DNA of 64,000 nucleotides from Nageia nagi (lineage: Eukaryota; Plantae; Pinophyta): contig JBITNC010000001.1 of assembly GCA_050084985.1 (NCBI GenBank), positions 179,614,001-179,678,000 on the forward strand, read 5' to 3'. The notes beneath the pieces are model-generated. The model had not been told where the DNA came from, did no database searches, and saw nothing but the letters and a program-made list of their open reading frames with translations. Below, piece by piece: positions 55,222 to 64,000 of the stretch. Made by a program: the position numbers and the translations under genes. Position 1 is the first letter of the stretch. Each line of letters begins with the position of its first letter.

Positions 55222-55439
55222 GTGATGTAGTCCTGGATAGAAGATAACCCACTAGCACTCCTTAATTTCATTTAGGACTTGGACATTGGGTTGTGGAGCT
55301 ATGAGGGTAGACATTTTGGCCATCACTTGCAGCAAAAAATTAGAACTCTTTCTCCTTGTTCTTTCATCTGCATTACAACTTTTCAGGATGGGAAAGAGAA
55401 GGGCCAATTTATCTTGAGTTGCTTGGGGACAAGCAATTT

Positions 55440-55449
55440 AGGAAGGGGA
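55440..55449 (+). promoter_or_regulatory. polypurine tract
   Basis: AGGAAGGGGA, 4 bp before the 3' LTR, preceded by an ELLGDKQF-like gypsy pol tail. Confidence 0.8.
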
Positions 55450-55453
55450 TACT

Positions 55454-56590
55454 TGTAATGTCCTCAAATTTGTAAAACATCCACTTTCTCTCCTTTTGGA
55501 GTGTGATGTTCATGGCAAAGGAGGAGAAACCAAAAATAAATTAATTTAGGAGTATTTTATTAATATTTTGCATTTATTTTTGTAACCAAGGCTAAAGAGA
55601 CCCTCGAGGCACTCACCCTTGGATTTTATTTAATTAATCTGGCTCAATTATTTGTAATTAATGCAATGTTAATCTCTCATAATAGGATGTTACATTTATG
55701 AGCCATTGATCTTGTAATTTGGTATCTCTAGGTAACCATTCTGGGACATTGGGCTTCCTAGGTCCCTAGATGATTTAATTTATCATCCCAAGACACCAGA
55801 AGAGGGACATTGCACTTTGGGTGATTCCAAGGTATGAGAGATCTTATTATAAAAGGAGATGAGATGCATCATTTGGGGTATGCTTGAAGATCATCAGAGT
55901 TTATCTCTTTTCAGGGGTTAGTAGCTAGTGGAGTTGTAGCTTTCCAGCTAGCTTAGTGGGAGAGCTCGAGCCAATGTGGAGGAGTTCTTACCTAAGCTAG
56001 GATAGTAGCTCGAGCCAGTGAGGTGGAGTTGATAGAGTAGCTTAAGCCAATGAGGTGGAGTTACTGGAATAGTTTGAGCTAGTGTGGTGGAACTATTCCA
56101 TCCCTGATCCATATCCAACTAGTGGGGTAGATCTAGATCCAGCTAGTGCAGCCATATTCTAGATCCAGATCTAGCCAGTGCAGCCATATTCTAGATCCAG
56201 ATCTAACCTACCAAATCAGTGTGAGGAGGCATATCCTAGATCTAGACTAGCCAAATCAGTGTGAGGAGGCTCATCCAGCATTAGGGAGAAGAGATTGAAG
56301 AACTTGCAAGGCTAAATCATCCAAATCTACCTTGTGAGGGTAAACATCCCCCTTCTTGAGCATTTGGGTATTTTTCCTTGAGTATTGTACTTATCCATTT
56401 GGGGCATCCCAACTCTTGAAGAATAAAATTCATTTCTCGCTCTATTTCTTGTTCAATTTGCAGATCTAATTTGAATTGAGCTAGATAGAAAAATATAAAA
56501 ATATATAGAAATTTCTAAGTAGTGATATTTCAACTTTGGAATATTACACTTTAACAAAAATTGCATTTTGTGAGTTTTGGGGATATTATA
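55454..56590 (+). repeat. 3' LTR (1137 bp; extra ~32-bp tandem unit; terminal CA>TA)
   Basis: Aligns end to end with the 5' LTR; differences are mainly transitions. Confidence 0.95.
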
Positions 56591-56639
56591 AAATTTTAGA
56601 GTTTTGGATATCAAGAATAGTGGATGCATTACATGTTTA

Positions 56640-59480
56640 CACTCTAATCCATTGAATTTACACAAGAGGTTAGCCTTGGTGAATGAAAAAATATGACCAC
56701 TAGATATTGGAAACATCCAAATAAGAATCCTTCTATTTTCTTGTATCATTCCAATAAATATATGGTTTAAGGGCTCCCCATGACTTCCATATTCTTTTGA
56801 TGATGAAGGTTCCTTGAACCTTGATTTGAAAAGGAGTTGTGACCATATTTTAAAATCCAATCCCTTTCTAGAATTTCTTACCAAGAGGGAGTCCAAAAGA
56901 AATATAATGGTGAAGAAGAAGTTTCCAAGCTTAAAAATCATCTAAGGCATGAAGAATCCAATTAGCACATAGAATTATTGATTGGAAATGATATTCAATT
57001 AAGCCTATACCTCTTGAGTACTTAGGTATGTAACAAATATCCCAAAGCTACTCTATGAAAGTCCTTATTATAACCAGAGTTGGACCATATAAATTCTCTT
57101 AAACTATTTCCTAGTTTCTTGTAGCAATTTTGAAGAGTGACCCAACAAGAAGAATAGTAGACAAAGGTTGTAACTAAAATTTTGGAACATATTTAAAACT
57201 TTTTAGCAAGATATAGTTTCTTAGTGACCTAGTATGAAATCTTATTTTCCACTATTTAGATTATAAAATACCACAAATTTAAATAAGTGTACCTTGTAAT
57301 ACAAATGAAATACCTAAAATAATTAATATTTCACTTTATTGAAGACACTTCCATTGCATATTAAAGAATCAACTTGGAATGGGGAGAGGATACTATCTAT
57401 AACAATATATCATTTTCAATTGTATGGTTGATCTTTATGCTTTGTAAAAAGTATCTAGGGAAACCATTGCTTGAGAAATTGAAATTTCATATTGATAAAT
57501 GGTAAGAAATAAGTCTTCTAAAAAATGATAATTGACCATTTTAGATAAGGATACAAGGAAAGAAATACCTCATATGGAGCCTTGATCCATAATTTAGTCC
57601 AAAATATACGACATATATTAAGATAAAAATAGAGGGAACCAAACAAAATCCCTATCAAATCGATCAAAATAACTTAAAAGGAGAGGAATGACCACCATTA
57701 ATAGAGAGTACATCAAAGGCATATTCAAAAAGAGTGTTAATAAATTTAAGAAAGGTATGACAAAACATTAAAGCTTTAAGTATGGCTAGAGTAAAGTACC
57801 ATTCAATTTTATCATATGCTTTCTCAAAATTTATTTTTATAAGAAGTATATTCTAGTATATGGATCATTAGCCCATTCCATGCCTTCCATACTACAATCA
57901 CATTGTCAAGGATATAGTAGCTCTATATGGAACCTATTTTCTTAGTTGTACCATTCAGAGGTAGGAGATGTTGAAGGTGAATAGCTAAAGCCTTAGTTAT
58001 GATTTTTTAACTGACACTAAGTAGGATAATAGGCTACTAATTTGTAATGAATTTTTTAGGTCTTTAGGCTTAGGGATGAATTTGATATAATATTTATTGA
58101 TGATATTCCCCAATAAGCTAGTATGAAGCACTTCTTAATAAAATTAGGGCAAGTTTTTACCAATTTTTTCCTAGACTTCCTTGTAGAATTCATATGGAAA
58201 ATCATACAACCTCAAGACTTTTTCAATATCCATGTGGGATACTACTTCTACAAGATCATCCATTATCAATGAAGTATCAAATAACTTTTATTGAGAATGA
58301 GAGATCATATTGGGAACTATTGCATGACATTCTTCCAAAGCTTGGAGATGAAAACCTTCAAGATTTAGAAAGATGAATATGGATTTATAATAGTTGAACA
58401 AGGCTTGATTGATACCTAATATTGAGGTGATATGCTCTCCATTCACCCTGATAGCTTTAAACTAGTTAACTTATCTTAAGAGTTTGAGCCTTTACAATAA
58501 TTCCTTATAAATTTTATCTCCTATTTAAGCTAGTGAAGTTGGGCGTGAATTTGAGCTCTAGATGCTTTATAAACTTTTGTCTTACTTGATTTAATATCTT
58601 AAATTTTCAATATGACTCTAAATGGAATGAATTAATGGAAAATCTTCCATATTCATAATAACTTTGGTTAACTCCATTTTGAGGGTAATTTTGGTATGCT
58701 TTTTATATTTAGCAACTTCAACTCCTAAGGTTTTTAGAAGCATGGTGGTGTGTGAAATAGCATCATTATACCAAGATATCCATCCCATAGAACCTATGGG
58801 ATGGACTAAATTATACACATGTTATATATGAGCAAACATCATGGGGTGCTTGAGAAAGAATCTATTTAATAAAAATTAAGAGGAAAAGAAGCATGGATAA
58901 GGTGGAGGAAAGATAAGGGAAAACATAGTGGGTGCATAATCAAAGGTGGTCATGTTTGGAATAGTCATAACCATCAAGGAAGTTGGTGAAAGATAGTGTA
59001 AATGGAAGGGGGAGTTATTAGAAATTGTTCTATAATTAAAACATTTTAAGACTTGAGCCTACCTAGCTTTAAAGTTAGACCAAGTGAATCAATTGGCTTT
59101 AAGAAAATCAGTTGGAAAAAAATAAACAATAGGGTCTATGAGCTTTAGTTTATTCTTCATAAAAATCATGTGCTTTTCTTTCATTGATATTCCATCACAT
59201 AGGGAGGTGGGAAACTTTATCATGTTGAAGTCCTAACAAAGAACTGAGGTAGTCAATGTCATATAAAAGGAAAGTTAGTGCCATGATATGCATCTATCAA
59301 GAGCATGATTAGAGGCATACATTTTAATAATGAATAACCATAAATTTCTAGTAACAACTAAAGTGATTGATTGGAATGGTCAACACCCCAAAAAATAATA
59401 TTCCCTTATCATCTAGGGGAAAAAAAAGGTGACAAGGCCTATTTTCAAGGGAATTATTAGTGGAATTGTACACAATCCCT
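56640..59480 (-). mobile_element. degenerate L1-type LINE ORF2 (AP endonuclease and RT)
   Basis: Minus strand remnants: IKMYASNHA, DFNM, DYAP (endonuclease); FYKEV*, IKFIPKPKD, PIILLSVS*KIITKALA, YILDNVIVVW, IKINFEKAYDKIEW (RT). Confidence 0.85.
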
Positions 59481-62400
59481 GAATAAAGAAAACTACATGT
59501 GTTATTCAAAATTAAATTATAAACCTTAATTTCCTAAAGATAGAGAAATTCAAAACTACCATGAAGCTAAGAAATAGTTTATGATTCACTATATACCAAA
59601 TATTTTTGTACTAGGTCCATTAATTCTCTCATATTCCAAGATAAAAAAAAAAATCATATTAAACAGTTGAGTTTCATACCATCTATGATCTCTTTGGTTA
59701 TCCCAAGTTTTCTAATATAATTAAATGAATTATTTACAAACCATTCACTATTTTCTCTAAAGAAATCAGTTTGCCTACATTTATCTTACTTAGTATGATA
59801 CCTTTCCCTTAAGGGGCTATGAGAATATTGAGCCTAGGGGTGATAATTTCTTTTGTGTTATTTTCCTAGAAATGGAAGAAGAATAAAATTCAATCCCTAA
59901 TTAAAATAAACTATTTGATCCCTAAAAATATACTCTAAAAGAAGAAAGAAGGGATTAAGAAGTATGAAAAACTAGCGATTGTGATAGGAGGTAACACTAA
60001 GCCATATTGGTTGTGCTTGTGGGTTAATACTAGTCCTAATCAATTACAAGGGTTAAGAATATGGTGTTGGTTTTTTATCTTGATGGGAAGTAGTGTTCCC
60101 ACCAATTCCTACACTCAATAAGCCCTAAATTTTAGATCCAATTTTTTTAAATTAATTCACATTTTATAAATGTGAGTTTATCATAATTTGACAAAGATAA
60201 TCCACATAAGCATCTATACATAGCTAGCTAGTCGACACTCATGTAGACAAGATGAATAAATTTGGATTATTCAATCTTGCATAACATGATCTAGAGTTCA
60301 CTATCCTAATAATCACCCATCCCTTCCCAACTACATCACCCATAGTTAATCATTTTGGTCATTATATTATTGGTTTTCTTATTGGGGCTCATATTACCCA
60401 AGAGAGTGTACTTCTAATATTATTTATTATTACCTAAAAAATAATCAATATTATTCATCATCACCCAACATCAATTAATATGGATATAGGGAAATCACCT
60501 AGGGAGCAATCAACATATTTTGTATACAAATTGTAAAGTTTATGACTACTAATTGCCTTAATCTAACAATTACACTTTTATAAATGGTTACCCCTTTGAC
60601 ATAACCTAACATTGGGATATGAGACAATAGTCTACCCATATATATTGACTAGGCTCACCATTTTCTTGGTACCCTTATGCCCATATCTTGAGGGCCCATA
60701 CATTGGATATAACAATATTTCCTACTATAGATATCTTGAGTGGCTAGTTTAATCTAATCAAATTTTTAATTATGATGAAATCTACCTACCTTGAGTATAA
60801 TAGATATAATTAACACCAAGTTAATCATTAGTTTTTGATATTTCATAATTTCTTAACTCTAAGTAAATAGGATGTTCCTAAATCTAGGAATGTATAAATA
60901 ATTACACAATAAAGGAACTATTTATATACAAATCAATGTGCAAGAAAATATTCATCATTTCCATAGTTACATTAACAATTCCATTAATAATTTTGATATA
61001 TTATAAAAATATAAAAGCATCAATTTAATATCTAAAGCACTAAAGAAACTCATGCGTAATCAAGAAGATGCCATACAAGTGAATAATAGCTTTCTAAATA
61101 TTGTAGATGCAATTATCACATACATGTTGGAAAAGTGAAATAGAACAAGTTCATAAAGCATCAATCTTAAACTAGAAGTTAGTGAGAGTCAAAAGATATT
61201 ATCCATGCATTCTTCTACCTGAAGGAATAGAAAAGGATAGTTGCTCTTGATTTGTTTTTAGCTAAAGAATTTTTTGTCATTTTTCAAAGCATCTATTTTC
61301 ATTTTGTATTTTCCAATAATTATGTTAGGTGAAACATTATATATTAATTCAGTACTACCAACACTATTCACTACTCAAATTTGAATGTAATATCTTATAT
61401 ACATCCTTTAGCTAGAACCTCCTTGAGAGAGATATTTAAATATTAATAAATCATATTCCAATGGTTATGTATTACCCTTGAAGGTATATATTCTTAATTT
61501 AATTTAGGATTCATTAATTAAGATTTTATGGCTCCTTTACCCTTGTAAACTAAGGGAATATTTATCTTATTATTATAAATAATTCCATAACATACCTATA
61601 TTATAACTAGTTTCATTGATTTGACATGTTTCAAAACCAATCCCAATTCATTTACTTAGTTTGTAGTTCATATTCAATCCCCAACATATCTTTTAGTTTG
61701 TATACCAAACTATTATATATTGCCTTTATAGTTTTAATATAATTATATGTATGTTTGATATCCTAAACTTTAAATACAACCTTAATAATTGGAACCAGTT
61801 ATTCAAAGGATATATTAAACAATATCATTGCAATTGTTAGGTCACATTAGTGAAGACATTAACTTCTTATTACCTATGTCATACTTTTATATTTTGTTAA
61901 TTTACTTAGGTGTATTATTAGATTGATCACTCTCTATTTATATAATAACCTCTTTAGTTTGATAATTCATTTTCCTATGTCACTATTATTCTTAAATTCA
62001 TTCAATACAAACCATGAATATGAAAAACAAGTATATCCTTTCATGGTATTTTTTATCTTCAAAAGTCCTCAAGTCCATATTAGCATTTTCTCATTTCACT
62101 AATGTTTTACTTAATTTTCATATTCATATCTAGTGTATTACTTTTAATAAAATTATCTTATAGCTATTAGTTTCATAACGTTATTTAAGATTTCTAATTT
62201 ATAGATTTAAAAGATAACTTTTGTTATGAATCTTTTTTATTTAATCCATGAAGAACTATTATGACATATAAATTATGATATATTACTTTGTAATACATTC
62301 TTAATACTTAAGGTATGAAAATTTAATCATTAGTCTCAATAATTTTCACTTTGTTTTTCATCCTAAGACATCTAAGGAATATTGCCTATAATTTGTACAT

Positions 62401-64000
62401 GCAAAGAATAAGTGATTTATAATTGATCTCATTACATAGTTTCGAAATACAAATAACATTTTTTCTAACATGTTTATAATTTATTAAAATATCAAATAAA
62501 AGTACATCAAATAATATTTAATCTTCAATTAGTCTTCATAGTTCCTTGCCCCTATTTACTTGATCATTTGTGAACTCAAGGATTTTGTTGGTCAAAGGTA
62601 CTAGAAGAGATTTGGAAATTTTGAGGATTAGGATACCTCTTTCAATGCAATGTAATGCAACTATCACCATATGCACACATCAACATTTAACTTAAGCATT
62701 TAAAATAAATTACCTTTCTAATAGATCTTAAGGGATTCATTGTCCACTTAAGGACTATCCATCTTCATCAATCTATATTATAAACATACTCTTCCTATGC
62801 TTGTAAAATAATATTTTCAATATTCAATGAATTTGATATTGAGCTATACAAAATCATTATGATGGATTTTCATATCATTTCACACATTACTACTCATCTT
62901 GTTAATATAACTAATTCATTTATACATCACTTTTGTCTAGATCTAGAGGGGTCATGGTCAACTTAATGACTATCCTCATCATTGATCATGACATTTAATG
63001 TTATCATTTGTTAATTATCATATATGTATTAATATATTCCTTTAAACATCCCAAAAATATCAAAATAATTATTTTCCCTCATCCATTATCCAAAATTATA
63101 TATTATATTGTATCAATAATTCATGAACAAAAGAGATATAAATATTTAAATTGTAAATTCAATAACATATTATTATATCCAAAGTCTAATTAACTCATAT
63201 ATATATTTTTCTAACATCATATTGCAATGTATCCTTCTTGGACAATTTCAACCAAAGTATATCATGAATAGGCTAATGCAGTAACCTAATCTTCAAAGTA
63301 GGTTGATTCCTTATCTATTGCACATAGATTAAAAGAAAAATTAATATAAAAAAAACAAAAGAGGGTAGAGTGTGAGATATAAATCAAGAAGGATAGGGAG
63401 CAAGAAAAAATGCAAGGGTAGATCACTAGTTCAGCATAGGCTTTCACAGAAAGTAAAACCTTGGCAAGAATCTAGTGTAGTGCAAGTTTTCACTCTCTAA
63501 ATTATTATTTAGCTTAACTCTACCATATAAGTAGACACAATTATACCAACAAATCATCATTATCATTTAGAAAATATCCATTACTTGCCAAATATAACTA
63601 GATTAAGAATGGCAATGACAAGTGCTAGATAAGAAAGGTCAAGATGGTATTGTATTACTAATAGAACAAAAAGTCTTCAAAAACAAATACAAAGGGTAAT
63701 ACTAGGGATTCTAACCCTTTTTTCTTTATCTTCAACTATACTTATACTAAGCTAGAGTATTTACAGAATGACTAAAATAAAATAGTTACAAAATGGCCCA
63801 AAGATTCTAACCTTTTAATAAACAGCTAACTACCTCTACCACATGGCATTTTATTTCTAAAAATTGAAAGACTTAGAATTGTAACTACCTCTAAATTGTG
63901 ATGGGCATGTTTCTTGGGTGCTATTTGAACTTGTATTACATTACCAAAATATTCTTTAACTGATTATGAAGATTTTGAAGTCTTTTCAACTTCTAGTGGT

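Larger units (their letters stand above)
51894..56590 (+). mobile_element. complete non-autonomous LTR retroelement (gypsy-derived) carrying captured host gene fragments
   Basis: LTRs 51894-52999 and 55454-56590. TSD AAATT at 51889-51893 and 56591-56595. PBS and PPT present. No protease, RT or integrase recognisable in the 2.45-kb interior. Confidence 0.95.

Noticed and set aside
56453-56941. 162-aa minus-strand ORF
   Set aside because: It crosses L1 remnant, older LTR and the 3' LTR boundary; a chance read-through.

Overview
AT-rich, CpG-depleted eukaryotic DNA with no intact cellular gene and no rRNA, tRNA or CRISPR. It is most likely a conifer/gymnosperm intergenic region (inferred from the TE content, including a Dryad-like Penelope element). 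The window is a mosaic of mobile elements: a near-intact Ty1/copia (1-5467, minus), a non-autonomous two-LTR element with TSD (10544-13053), tRNA-derived SINE-like heads, hAT and gypsy remnants, a 624-bp Mutator-like element with 9-bp TSD next to a decayed 4-exon gene fragment, L1-type LINE pieces, a Penelope-like RT/GIY-YIG remnant, and mini/microsatellites. The most notable object is a complete non-autonomous LTR retroelement (51894-56590, TSD AAATT) whose pol has been replaced by captured host-gene fragments: an ASPM-like N-terminal piece, a PIN auxin-efflux-carrier piece and possibly a third piece. These lie in the same reading frame as the gag ATG, like a Bs1-type chimeric retrogene, now interrupted by stop codons. 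All protein identifications come from manual translation and remembered motifs, not database searches.
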